This document shows, in pieces, positions 32,490 to 45,755 of a stretch of 64,000 bases of DNA. A program made the translations under genes and the position numbers. Source of the DNA: Euglena gracilis. Lineage: Eukaryota. The DNA lies in assembly GCA_039621445.1 (NCBI GenBank), contig CP154954.1:43565847-43629846 (forward strand). Reading direction: 5' to 3'. Within the stretch, counting starts at the first letter, position 1. The number at the start of each line of letters is the position of its first letter. Under the pieces are notes generated by a model. The model ran no database searches. It saw only the letters and a program-made list of their open reading frames with translations, and had not been told where the DNA came from.

Positions 32490-35400
32490 ACATTCGGCTT
32501 CCAAAACGACTGTGTGAACCGGTGGCCAAACTCCTGCTGGGGCAGGTCATCAGCAGAAAGAAAGCAAAACAACTCCTCATCGAAGTCCGTGCTGTGTTGC
32601 CGGATAGCAAAAAAATGTTCCTACAGGCCCTGATTGACCCGGAAGCACAGGCAAACCTGGTGAAAAAGAACCTGATTCCCCAACAAAACTTCAGACGTTC
32701 ACAAAAACCCTTGGCCCTGATCACAGCAGACGGAACAAGGATGGAAGGAGGACTACACGAAGTCACACTGGAACTGCAGTTTTCATCACGGGTGCACAAC
32801 ACGGACAGAACAAGGGAATGGTCCACCATTGGAACGTTCCATGACGCCGACATCCAAGTGGATGCCATCCTCGGGTCTCCGTGGATGGAACAACACCAAC
32901 TGGGGGTTTTCCCACACCTACAATCATTGGCCCTCATAGGTGAACCACTGCGGCTGCTGTCCAGTTGGCACCAGCTGAAGGAACAAAAGCACAGGGAACG
33001 GAAAATACACCAACTTCAGAAAAAGATTTCGGCAGTGCGGGCAATTAATTTGCAGATTCCTGCTGAAGCGGGCCAGGACGAGGAAAAACTGTTTGAAGAC
33101 GAAACAACACTGGAAACACTGGCAAAACAACTTCAGAAATCGGCAAAGAAATCTGACAGGGTTCACGGTGTTGTGGTGGTGCCAGAAGGACAGGAAACAC
33201 AAGGCGAAAGGGTGGCTGAACTGGTGAAAAAACTGCGGCAGGACTGTGAAGGAGTGGTCTTGCGAGACAAAATTTACCCAGACCCCCCAGAACGCGGACC
33301 ACTGGGTTATGGGAAAATCGAACTGAAACCTGGAACAGTGGCGAAAAAGCAAAGACCCATCCACATGACAGGAGAACGCCGACAGGCACTCATCGACATG
33401 GTGGACGAATGGGTTAGGGACCTGAAAGTGGAAGACGGGAGGAGTGACTGGTCCAGCCCCACGTTCGTGGTGGCCAAAAAGGGTGGAAAATGGAGAGGGG
33501 TGGTGGATTTCAGAGCACTGAACGAGGCAACAATCACAGACGCCCATCCCCTCCCTAGGATAGAAGACATCCTATTTCAACAAGGACAACGGGCCCTGTA
33601 CTGGACCTCAAAGACGCCTTCCACCAGGTGCCACTGAGAACAGAGTCCAGACCCTACACCTGCTGCAGCACACCTAAGGGAACAAAACAGTGGAGAGTGG
33701 TGGTCATGGGGATGAAAAACGGTGTACCGATTTTCCAGAGGGTGATCGAGTACAGCCTGGAGGAGGTACAGGATATTGCAAATCCCTACGTGGACGACAT
33801 AATCGTAGGAACCGTATGGCAGGGGTCAGAAGAAAAAACCCTCGAACAACACGACAAGGACATCAGAAGGGTGATGGAGGCACTGAAAAAACAGCAGCAC
33901 GTGGCAGACATTAAGAAATGCAAATTTTTCGTGAAATAGGTGGAATTCTGTCGACACGTGCTGGGTGGTGGACAACGAAAACCAGCACCAGGCAAACTGA
34001 TGGCCTTGGAAAAATGGGAGGAACCCAAAACGGTCACAGCCCTGCGGGCATTCCTGGGATTCACAAACTACTACGCCTCATACATCCCAGGGTACGCAGA
34101 ATTGGCAGCAGACCTAATGGAGAAACTGAAGGTGAAAAAGGGACAGGGGAAGAAAGGACGCCTGACACCTGTGTTTTTCGGTGAAACGGAACGAACAGCT
34201 TTTCAGACTATCAAAGAAAAACTGCTGGGAAGCCTGAAACTGCAAACGGTGAACCCAGACAAACCGTTCATACTCAGGGTGGATGCAAGTGGCAGAGCCG
34301 TGGGTGCGGCTCTGGAACAATTTGCGGAGGACACTGCAGAAAAACCAGACCCAACAACAGCCATGACCGAAAACACAGTACCCGTAGCTTTCTGTTCACC
34401 AAAACTGACACCTGGGCAGGTTCGCTCGTGGTCTCCTAGGGAGAAGGAGACCTACGCAGTGATCCTGGCCATGCAAAAATGGGCTTCCTGGATAGGAAGG
34501 CAACCGGTTCTGGTGTTGACGGACCACAAGTCCATTGAGGCGTGGGCAACGGAGGCGCTGGACACCCCCAGTGGACCACCTGGACGTAGGGCTAGGTGGC
34601 ACGAACTGCTTTTGCGGTTCGACATAACTGTTGCATACGTACCTGGCAAAGACAACACGGTCGCCGATGCCTTGAGTAGGTGGGCCTACCCCGCCTCACA
34701 GGCATTCGCCGACGTGAGTATCCACGGGAGTGAGGAGGACGACCGACTCATGAAAGAAATCATCAAACAGGAGGAAAAGGAACAGAAAACTTGTATGGTG
34801 ATCAACGTGGCAGACCTGACACAGGCACAAAAACAACTTCAAGAACCCGTCACTGTGGCCGTCACAACAAGGGGGGGAGCCAAAACGGGTGAAGATTCGC
34901 CCACAGTGCCTGGTTCAACGGAAAACGGTGACACCCCTCAAAAAAATTCAAAGCCACCTCAAAAACCTGCAAAAACGACAAAGAAATGGGTTGTGAAGGA
35001 AACAACTGTGGTGAAACCAAGCAAAAAACTGGCAGGGGCAACCCCAAGGGAGACCACGGAGGCAGGAAACCTGGGCTCCGCCGGAAACCTGATCCGACCA
35101 GACCAACCAAAAAACAAAACCCCAGAAAATTAAAACACGGCCGAGGGACCATCCACTGAGGAAGACCCACCAAGGCGAAGACCCCTGGAAGAGGACCCTG
35201 TGGAACCCCTAACAACAACAGACACAACAAAACAACAGGACGCGCAAGGTGCGTCATCCTCAACGGGGACACCCGTTGGACCTCCATCAAGGGGAGTGCA
35301 CGCCCCGGAGCTTCAACAGGGGGAACCGAAAGGGGTGATGGACAGGGAATGGAAGAACGAGTACGAAAGTTGCCCAAGGTGGGGACCTGTGCTCAAGGAC

Positions 35401-36816
35401 CTGAAGGGAACGGGGTTCAAAAACTGGCCTGACAGGTACCGATTCGACAACGGCAGGCTCTACAAAAACGGACTCCTGTGTGTACCAAGTGGGTTGACTG
35501 GAAACGTAATTCGGGAACATCACGAAACAGCCGGGCACCCAGGGTCAGCCCGACTGTGGGACCAGATGGGAAGGTGGTTTGCATTTGCGGACCACCAGGA
35601 TGCAAAAAAACTGACAGGCAAAATGATGACCATGTGTGAAACCTGCCAAGCAACAGAACCCAGCCACTTACCATACAAGTGCCCCATTCAACCGACACCG
35701 ATTCCTGCACACCTGATGGACAGTGTTGCTATCGACTTGTTCTCTCTACCTGAAACCACCTTTGAAGGGAAAAAATACGACACGTTGGCGTTGTGTGTAG
35801 ACAGGCTGAGTGGGTGGATGGTTGCAACCCCCCACCTGGCCAAGGGACTCACAGCAGAAAGGGTTGGAAAGGAAATGTACAAACAGTGGGGAATTTTTGG
35901 GATACCCTCGGTGGTGAGCTCCGACCGGGGCTCCCACTTCACAGCCGGTTGGTGGAAAACACTGTGTGCTGCCCACGGGGTCCGTGTGGCGTACAGGCAG
36001 GCATACCACCACCAAGCCAACGGACGGGCTGAGGTAGCGGGTCAACAAGTCCTCCGAAAACTGGCAAAACTGGCTGCTGAAAAAGGGGTACCCTGGGTTG
36101 AACTCCTACCGAACGCCTTGAGGGCCCTACACGACGTCCCAGGTGAAACGGGATTGTCACCGTACGAAATTGTGTTTGGCAGGCACTGACCGTTGGCAGG
36201 ATTGCCATACCAACCACAAAAGGAAGCGGAAGGGGCCACAACGTTCATGGAAAGGATGAAAGAACAAGACCAGTGGGTGAGCCTGGTCCTGAACGAAAAA
36301 CAGCGTGAACGAGCTGAAACGGTGAACCAAAAACACAGAGAACCACCTGCCTTGGAAATCGGTTCCAAAGTCTGGTATCAACCCGAAAGACAACCCGGTA
36401 CCGACAAACTCGAACCGAAGTGGAAAGGACCTGCGGTGGCGTTGGAACGGGTTGGACAACACTCCTACGTGGTTGAACTACGACCTGGAAACCGACAACC
36501 TGCCCACCGTTCACAACTCAAACCCCACGTGGAGGACCTCTACAACGCAACCCCTGTTCCCCTCTACTTTTGGTCGGGCAAGGCACAGGAGTTGGAGGTC
36601 GGACCTGACGAATGGGAGGTTGACAAAGTGCTGAACCACCGCAGAAAAGACGGAAAACTTCAATTTTTGATTCAGTGGAAAAACTGGGACCCGTCTGACA
36701 CTCAGTGGGAACCCCTGAACCACTTCTTCCTCCGAACGAACAAGGATGTGGTCCAATATTGCAAGAAACGGGACCTGGCTGTGGATGTGAGAGAGTTTCT
36801 CGATGGGATGGAGTGA
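32490..36816 (+). pseudogene. pol: Element A pol: protease, RT, RNase H, integrase, chromodomain
   Basis: LIDPEA (degenerate protease site), WRGVVDFR, YVDD, VDAS, TDH, SDRG, WKGP, EWEVDKVL..QWEP. Frameshift near 33600; stops at 33937 and 36187. Confidence 0.93.
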
Positions 36817-38518
36817 CACATGTCGCATACCGCTGCACTCTCTCACAGATGCCGCCACGTCGCCACCCCCAACGACCCCGTCGCCAACCCCAACCCTACC
36901 ACCCACACCAACCTCGACCAGTCCCCTTCACCATCCCCACCATACTACCCCCACCCCTGCGTGCCCTTGAGGCGCAACTTCCTTCCCCCCTATGCCTCCG
37001 AACTTCAACACCAACGCAAACGAGGCCACCCCCACCACCATACCGCCCCCCACCGCCATACCAACCCCCACGACAACCCTCACCTCAACCCCATCACGAG
37101 CCCCCACATGCACCCCCACAGCGGAGCCCCAGACCGAACCCCCCACAGCCGGAGCCACCGAGCCCTCCGCGGCGGCGGAGACGCTCAGTCTGCTCCAGCC
37201 CGGGCAGTTTCCGTGGGGTATCGCTGCCCCTGGACAGCCCCCCCGCAACACCCCCCCACAGCCCACGACCCCCCTCACCGCAACCCAAGGCCCCCTCCAG
37301 CCCCGACACCCCTACCAAGAAGCAGTGGTGGGTGGAGGAGTTGCTGGGCTTGTAAACGGTGACCCCCCCTGCAAGGCGCGGGTGCCCCCACGGGCCCCGT
37401 CTGTATACTCAGAGCCTTGCGGTGGGACCCGAAAACATTTGACAAACCTGAAATGGATTTCACGACCGAACTTCCGAGCTGGTTTACAACCTTAACCTCT
37501 AAACCTCTATCGACTTGGATCGACTTGAACCTGTACACCGCTGACAAAACCCGCCTGACTCAAAAACGACAAAACGGGCCTGGGCAGCCCCCCCTGGCCA
37601 GCCCACCTGAACCGGAACCGCTGGCCAGCCCAACTCGAACCAGCCCAACGGACCTGAACAAGACCCGACCCGACCGGAATTCACTGACCTGAAGTGCCTC
37701 TCTTCTGCCAATCAACCCATTCTTCTATTCTTCATCCTTGTTGTTGTGGGTTGGGACCCCCCCGTGAAGAACGAACCTTCCCCCCCGGACCTGGCCAGCC
37801 TACCTGTAAAAAAAAAACACAGCCCCCAACCCCAACCGTGGCAGCCAGCCAAAACTGGGCAAACGGTGGAAGGGGAACCTGATTTTGACCCAAAAACGCA
37901 GACCTGGCCGACCCCGGGGGACCGGCCTGGGGGGGGGGGCGAGGATCCTCCACGGCACCTGACCTCGCACAAACCAGCCTACCCCCCAGAAAAAAATTCA
38001 AAAAAACAAAAAAACATTGTCCTTGACCCAGCCGGATTTTTAACCAAAAACCCAGCCTTCACCTGATTTTTATTAAAATTCGTCCCCGGCCGGACCTTGA
38101 CCGCTTTGCCTGGGGGGGGGGGGGGTTGGAAGACCCCAGCTGGACCCACCCCCCACCGAACAGACACCAAGCCTAGACACCGAATTGGCTAACCGAACAG
38201 AAAACGGCTGTCTAGGACCCTGACCGTGACAAAACAACTCACCTGGCCTGAGAATAAAAATTTCCGGAAAATTTAACCATGGCTGGCGCTTGGTTCACAA
38301 CGGCGCCTGCCCCCCCCCCCAACGACAAACAGCCCTAGGCGGGCTGGGGGGGGGGGACAACACACCAGACCCCGCACAGACCCAACTGTCAAAGGAGAAC
38401 ACTTGACTCAGCCCACCCGCCATAAAACGAACCTGAACGGCACAGCCCCCTGGGGGGGGGGGGCTGAACCACAACGGTCCCCTCGCTCGCCCCCTCCTCA
38501 CAACGAGTGCACTCCGCA

Positions 38519-38572
38519 CCCCTTCCTGTTGGAGTCGTGAAGAGTTGTAAACAACTCCTTCAGGAAGGGGAG
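38519..38572 (+). promoter_or_regulatory. Polypurine tract of A within a predicted stem-loop
   Basis: AGGAAGGGGAG directly before the 3' LTR; complementary arm at 38519-38535. Confidence 0.8.
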
Positions 38573-39045
38573 TGTGAGTCAGGGGTGCTGAGTGCCCAAA
38601 ACAACATAACCTAACCCAACCCAACCTGATGCCTCTGCAGTTAGGATTAGGAAAATCTTATTAGGAATTATTATCAGCTGACCCCATCTCTCCCTGCACA
38701 GGGCTCTGTCTCTGTTTTTGTCTGTTTCAAGTTCAAGAATCGAATTATCTTGGTGGCATCAATTATCATTACCTGGACTTTACGTACTTTTGGTTTTGGA
38801 TCGGTGTGGTGGATTTGCTGAATTGCTTGTATTGTGCTGTTGGACTTGTGGATTTTTTTAAAAGGAAAGCCAACCAACCCACCTGTTTTCACCCAAAAAA
38901 CCCGCAAAAACAAAAAGAAAATGCAATTTTTGAAACAAGCCGCGAGGGGAATTGAAATAACCCTGGGCAGGGTAAAAGATCCTACGCAACGGGGTGCCGG
39001 CCCCGAGGGACTGGAAACTCCAGGGCAGGCACCACGGTTACAACA
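38573..39045 (+). repeat. 3' LTR of element A
   Basis: TG..CA repeat of 9226-9701, followed by TSD ACCT. Confidence 0.95.
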
Positions 39046-39545
39046 ACCTGGACCCCAAGTGGCAGGCAGATTTTCAGGTGGATGCCTTGACGTGGGACTA
39101 CAAGAAAGTTCTGAAGCCTGGGGAATTCCACACGGTGGTCTGTGGGGTTCCGTGCACGGAATTCAGCCTGGCACTCACAACCAGACCAAGACAGCTGGAG
39201 AAGGGGGACGCATTGGCAAAAAAGGCCCTGGAGATCGTGAAATTTATGCGACCGCAGAAATGGTGGCTGGAAAATCCCAGACATGGGTACCTCAGACACA
39301 GGGAGTACATGAAACCATATCCATTTGTTGATTTGGATTATTGTCAATACTCCGACTGGGGGTACAAAAAGCCAACACGAATCTGGGGCAGCCCAGATAT
39401 CCTGCAAGTGCAGGGAAAGCTGTGTGACGGGAGAACATGTCCCAACCTGATCCCAGGGAAGAAGGGTCACCGGGTGAAAATCTCCAACACGACGAGTATT
39501 CCCAGAAACAAAGTATCAAATTCCAGAAGGACTGATCCAAGTTTT
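39046..39545 (+). pseudogene. Element B C5-cytosine methyltransferase, catalytic part
   Basis: LDPKW..CGVPCTEFS..WWLENPR..DYCQY..YKKPTRIW. Confidence 0.88.
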
Positions 39546-39547
39546 GG

Positions 39548-42500
39548 TTGGTTGGAAAGATGAGCAAAACACCTGCGGCACAGCCAAAAACCCCACGGAG
39601 GCACCATGAAAACGTTCATCTGCCAAAACGGTCGCTTGGGCCAGCATCGGAACGACTGTTGGGAGAGGTGGTGAAACGGGGGAAGTCCAAGCAACTTCTG
39701 ATTGGCATTCGTGCGGTCTGCCCGAATGGTGAAACGGTGGACCTGAAGGCCCTCGTGGACACAAGGGCCCAAACCAACCTGATCAGAAAAGACCTCCTAC
39801 CCCTGGGAGCCTTCACGGTGTCAAACCACCCCTTGGCCCTCGGCACTGCCGACGGCACATGGAAGGGGGGAGGGTTGCATGAAACGACACTGACACTGAA
39901 ATTCACGTCCCAGGTTTTCAACCAGGACAACACAAGGGAATGGACAACCACGGGGACCTTCCACGACGCGGCAATCCAGGTGGGGTATTTTGGGGTATCC
40001 CTGAATGGAGCAACACCACTTAGGGGTTTTTCCACACCTACATTCACTGGCCATGATAGGGGAACCATTGCTCCTGCTGACAAGTTGGAAAAGAGTAAGA
40101 GAACTGGAACAGGGTGACAGAAAAATTTTGAAGAAAGTCGGCAAGGTGCGGGCCATGAACCTGCAGGTGCCTGCAGAAGCAGGTGAAACGGAAGAATTTT
40201 TGTTTGAAGACGAAACAGTTTTGGAAAATCTGGCCCAGCATCTGGAAACCAGAAAACGCAAAGCCCCACAAGGGGTCCAGGGGGTGATAGCCGTGCCTGA
40301 AGGGCAGGCTGTGGAAGGAGACAGGGTGACATATTTGGTCGCAAAGCTACACAAAGACTACGAGGGAGTGGTGTTGAGGAACAAGATCCACCCAAACCCC
40401 CCTGAACGTGGTCCACTGGGTTTCGGGAAAATAGAACTCAAGCCTGGGACTATGGCAAAAAAACAAAGACCCATCCACATGACCGGAGAACGCCGACAGG
40501 CACTCCTGGACATGGTCGACGAGTGGGTCAGGGATGAAAAGGTGGAGGACGGGAGAAGTGACTGGTGCAGCCCCACGTTCGTGGTGGCAAAGGAATGGGG
40601 AAAGTGGAGGGGGGGGTGGATTTCAGGGCCCTGAACGCGGCCACGGTGACAGACGCACACCCCCTCCCCCGGATCGAAGACATCCTGGTCAAACAGGGTC
40701 AACGGGCAATGTACAGTATGTTGGACCTAAAGGAGGCTTTCCATCAGGTACCCATGAGAAAGAAATCCCGACCCTACACCTGCTGTAATACACCAAGAGG
40801 AACAAAGCAGTGGAAAGTAGTGGTGATGGGGATGAAAAACGGAGTTCCAATTTTCCAGAGGGTCATTGAATACAGCCTGGAGGAGGTGGCAGACATTGCC
40901 AACCCCTACGTAGATGACATCATTGTAGGCACAGTTTGACAGGGAACGGAAGAGGCAACAATCCTCCAACACGACAACGACATCCGCAGAGTCATGGAGG
41001 CACTCAAGAAACAGCTGCTCGTAGCCGACATCAAAAAATGTAAGTTTTTTGTTCATGAAGTGGACTTCTGCGGACACATCCTGGGGGGAGGACAACGGAG
41101 ACCAGCCCCAGGAAAACTGATGGCTCTGCAAAAGTGGGAAGAACCAAAAACCGTCACAGCCCTCCGCGCATTCTTGGGATTCATCAACTACTACTCCTCC
41201 TACATCCCAGGATACGCGGAGTTGGCAGCGGATCTGATGGAAAAACTCAAGGTGAAGAAGGGACTGGGAAAAAAGGGGAGCCAGATGCCTGTGTTTTTCG
41301 GGGAGAAGGAACGCAAGGCGTTCCAGGCCATCAAGGACAAACTGTTGGGCAGCCTCAAACTGCAAACGGTCAACCCCGACAAGCCATTCATCCTCCGAGT
41401 GGATGCCAGTGGCAGGGATGTGGGAGCCGCCTTGGAGCAGTTTGTGGAGGATGGATTGGAAAAACCGGACACCACAACAGCACAGACCAAGAAAACGGCC
41501 CCAGTGGCCTTTTGTTCACAGAAATTGGCACCGGGACAGGTCAGGACTTGGACACCACGGGACAAGGAAACATACGCGGTGATCCTGGCCCTTCAAGAAT
41601 GGGCCTCGTGGATTGGTATGCAACCGGTGCTGGTCCTGACCGATCACAAAGCTATCGAGTCCTGGGCCACAGAAAACCTGGACACAGCCACAGGGTTGTC
41701 GGGACGTAGGGCCAGATGGCACGAACTCCTTTCAAAATTTGATATCACGGTAGCCTACGTACCTGGGAAGGACAACGTGCTGGCTGACGCCTTGAGCAGG
41801 TGGGCCTATCCCGCCTCACAGGCGTTTGCCGACGTCAGTGTGCACGGCAGTGAGGAGGATGACCGCCTCATGCAAGAAATAATCGAACAGGAAAGGAAGG
41901 AGGAAAGGGGCTGCTCAGTGGTTTCAATGAAGGAATTGCTACGGGCACAGAAAAAATTGGGAGACCCACCCCTCGTTGTGGCCGTCACGACAAGGGGAGG
42001 GGCCAAGACTGGTGAGGATTCGGCCACAACGAGTAAAGTCACACCAGGGAAGGAGACCCCCCCCAGAAAAAACTTCAAAAACTTCAAAACCCAAGGACAG
42101 GGACACCGAAGGCACACAAGAAAAGGGAACCCCAGAAAAAGAAATGGCCAAGAGGACAGCCACAGAGGAAGACCCCCTTAGGTGAAGAACCTTGGAAGAG
42201 GACCCTGTGGACCCTCCAAAAACAGCAAGTCCAGGGGAGAACGGACTCGAGGACGCGCAGCGTCCCTCATCTTCGACGAGCCTGCCTGTGGGACCTCCAT
42301 CAAGGGGAGTGCACGCCCCGGAGCTTCCACCGACAGGGCCGCAGTCGGTGATGGACGAGGACTGGAGGAGCGGGTACAGCGGGTGCCCCAAGTGGGGCCC
42401 TGTGCTCAAGGGGTTGGAGGATTCGGGGTTCAAAGAATGGCCTGAGGGCTTCCGATTTGAAAACGGAAGGCTCTTCAAACACGGACTCTTGTGTGTACCA

Positions 42501-43826
42501 AGGGATGTCATGGGGAGGGTCATCAGGGAACACCACGAAGCGGCGGGACACCCAGGGGCTGAACGGCTGTGAGATCAGATGGGTCGGTGGTTTATTTTCG
42601 ACGACCACCAACACGCAAGAAAACTGACCAGCAAAATGATGGGGATGTGTGAAACGTGTCAGGTCACTGAACCAAACCATCAAACCTTCAGGTGTCCAAT
42701 ACAACCAACACCGGTCCCGCCCCACCTGATGGACAGCGTGGCGGTCGACCTCTTTGCACTACCGGAAACCACTTTTGAAGGGAAACGGTACGACACTTTG
42801 GCACTTTGTGTGGACCGATTGAGTGGGTGGATGGTTGCTACCCCCCATCTTAACAAGGGTCTCACAGCAGAAAAGGTGGCCAAGGAAATGTTTCGACAGT
42901 GGGATCTGTTCAGAATCCCCTCGGTGGTGAGTTCCGACAGGGGTCCACAGTTCACCGCAGCCTGGTGGAAAACTCTGTGCGCGGCACACGGTGTAAGGGT
43001 TGCGTGTGGACAGGCTTACCACCATCAGGCGAACGGAAGGGCAGAGGTAGCCGGGCAGCAGGTGATGCGGAAACTTGCAAAGCTGGCTGCAGAAAACGGT
43101 GTCCCGTGGGTGGAACTCCTCCCACGGGCTTTGACGGCCATTCACGACGTGCCTGGGGAGGCTGGACTGTCCCCCTAGGAGATTGTTTTTGGGCGACACC
43201 GACCGTTGTGTGGGATTCCGCACAAACCACAGCGGGAGGCCGAATGTGCGACACGATTCCTCAAACGAATGAAGGAACGAGACAGGTGGGTGGAGCAAAC
43301 GCTCAATGAAAAGCTGGAAGCTCGGAAAGAGGCTGTGAACCAGAAACGACGCGAACCCCCAGCCCTGAAAATTGGTTCCAAGGTTTGGTACCAACCTGAA
43401 CGACAGCCTGGAACCGAGTTGGAACCCAGGTGTAAAGGGCCAGCGGTGGTTTTGGAAAGAGTGTGAGACCACTCCTACGTGGTGGAGCTTCAACCAGGGA
43501 AACGGCAGCCGGCCCTCCGTTCCCAACTGAAACCACACGTGGAAGACCTTTACTCAACCACTCCCGTGCCCTTGTATTTTTGGTGTGGAAAGGCTCAAGA
43601 GCTGGAGGTTGGACCTGACGAGTGGGAGGTGGATAGGGTGCTCAACCATCGACACGAAAACGGGAAGACGGAATTTTTGGTGCGGTGGAAAGGATTTGGG
43701 CCAGAAGACGACCAATGGGAACCGCTGGGGAATTTTTTATTTAGAATCAATAAGGACGTGGTTGCCTATTGTGTGGAGAACGGGGTGGATTTGGACGCAA
43801 AGGAATTGTTGGAACTGATGAAGTGA
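39548..43826 (+). pseudogene. pol: Element B pol: protease, RT, RNase H, integrase, chromodomain
   Basis: LVDTRA, VDFRALN, YVDD, VDAS, SDRG, EWEVDRVL..VRWKGF; multiple stops and frameshifts. Confidence 0.93.
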
Positions 43827-45755
43827 CAAGGTTCCTTGTCTTCTTCATCCCCACATTCCCTCACAGATGGCCCGACATGGACGTCAACAACGCCAATACC
43901 AACCTTAACAACCCCAACATCACCACCCCTACTTTCGACCTCAACCCCTTCGACGACCACCCCCTCCCCCATACCAGACACCCCCAACCCCCGACTTCGT
44001 CATCCCCACCATTCTACCCCGACCCCTACGCAAGGCCCTCGAGGCCGAGCTCCCCCCCGCCAGCTGCTGGAGAACGCCCACACCCACCCCTACCCAGCCT
44101 ACTAGCTGCCTCCCACCCCCAGCCATTCGCATACCCACCCCAATACCACCCCAGCCCACCCCAACAACGACCCCACCCCCCCAGAGGGAGCGCGGGCGCT
44201 CCATCTGCAGCAGCCCCCGCAGCCCCCGCAGCCCCCGCTCCCTCAGCCCCCCCTCTACCTCGGGACCCCGGACCGGAGCCCGTCCCCCCCTGCATCGCTG
44301 ACCTCCCCCTCCTCCTCCGACAACGACTCGCCCCCGCGACGCCCCATCCCCTGGTTCCTCCGGGACCTCTGGGGCTAGCTCCCCCCTGGAGGCTCCCTTC
44401 CCCCCCCCCAATATTGGTTCCGGCTGCCCCCCTTGCAGCCTCCTTTTACCTGTTCAGAGCCCTCAGACCGTTTCTTCAACCGCAGTGGGAAGGGAAGCTG
44501 TCCCATACTGAACCTAGAGTGCCCCCCCCCCCCCACACCGAACCTAGGGGGCCCCCCCCCAGTGAACCAGGGCACCCCCCGCAGGACCTGGGTTCCCCCC
44601 CACGGGCAGCCCAAGGTCCGGGCAGATATTTTTTATCAAAAAAAAGGGGGAGAGGCGCTTGGCGCCTGCCGTTTCCCCCCCCCGACAAGGGATCGGAGAG
44701 GGGCGTCCAGCCACCGCACCCCAAGACAAAAAAAGATCGAAAAAAAGGGAAAACAAAAAAAGACCTAAAAAAGGAAAAGAAGGGGGGGCTCAGCCAACTG
44801 CCCCCCCCCCAAACAGGGACCGTGGGCAGCGCTTGGCACCTGCCCCCCCCCCCGTCGACGAAGGGCCTAGAGGGGGGGGGGCAGCCCCGGACCTGCAAAA
44901 AAAACCCAGAACCTGGGTTGGCCACATCTGGTCCTACCCAAAGCGTAGAGGGCTCAACTAATACCCTGCCCTCCGCTTAATTCGTGCATTTTTTAACTCA
45001 ACAGACGCTTGACGAAAGAGATGGGGTGGAGTGGAAGTCGGGCATTAATGAACCTGCTGCCCCCCCCCACGCCTGACAGAGCTGGGGGTACCAGGATACA
45101 CCCCAGGGAGCATTCAAAAAATTTTGAAAACGACTTTTTGGCTGAGGTGGGCAGCGCTGGCCTGCTCCCCCCCCCGTACAGGACCGGGACCTGGGGGGGG
45201 GGGGGTGCGCCACCGAGGCTGAAAAAAAAAACACACAAAAAAAACAACGGGGGCCCAGCCAACTGCCCCCCCCACAAAAAAGGAGGAAAAATATTTTTTC
45301 GGTTGTGGGCGGTGCTGGATGCCTGCCCCCCCCCTTGGGGGGAACCAACCACCTGACCTCCCCGGAAAAAAAAACGGACCCTGCCCCAGCCTGATTTTAA
45401 CCGAAAGACCCTGACTCAGCCTTCGCTTGATTTTTATAAAAATTCGCCACTGGCCGGCGACGGACCGCTTGGCAGGGGGAGGCGGAACACCCCGAACGGG
45501 AGCTGCCCCCCTTTAAAAAAAAAAAAAGGGCAGGGGTTGCGGTCAGCGACTGGCGCCTGCCCCCCCCCCACGACAAGGGACCTGGAGGGGAGAGCCACCT
45601 GAGAAAAAAAAACAACCAGGCCAGCCCCCCCCCCTGATGAGGGACCAACCTGGGACCAAAAACAGGAACGGCCCAGCCCCCTTTCAACAAACGCACTACA
45701 CACCCCTTCCCAAGTGAGTCGAGAACAGTTGTAAACAACTCCTTGGGAAGGGGAG

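Larger units (their letters stand above)
9226..39045 (+). mobile_element. Element A: full-length, decayed Ty3/Gypsy chromovirus with Dam-like and C5 methyltransferases (~13 kb without C)
   Basis: Two TG..CA LTRs, 4-bp TSD ACCT (9222-9225, 39046-39049), PBS, PPT, and Gypsy order PR-RT-RH-IN-chromodomain. Confidence 0.95.

Noticed and set aside
36820-37700. Pro-rich ORFs after the chromodomain in A (and 43769-44980 in B)
   Set aside because: C-rich low-complexity sequence with no evident protein similarity between A and B; coding status unsupported.
7263-42572. TGA at conserved Trp positions (7263, 40937, 42570) suggesting an alternative genetic code
   Set aside because: The duplicate has TGG at one site, other Trp codons are TGG, and frameshifts and other stop types co-occur, so this is ordinary decay.
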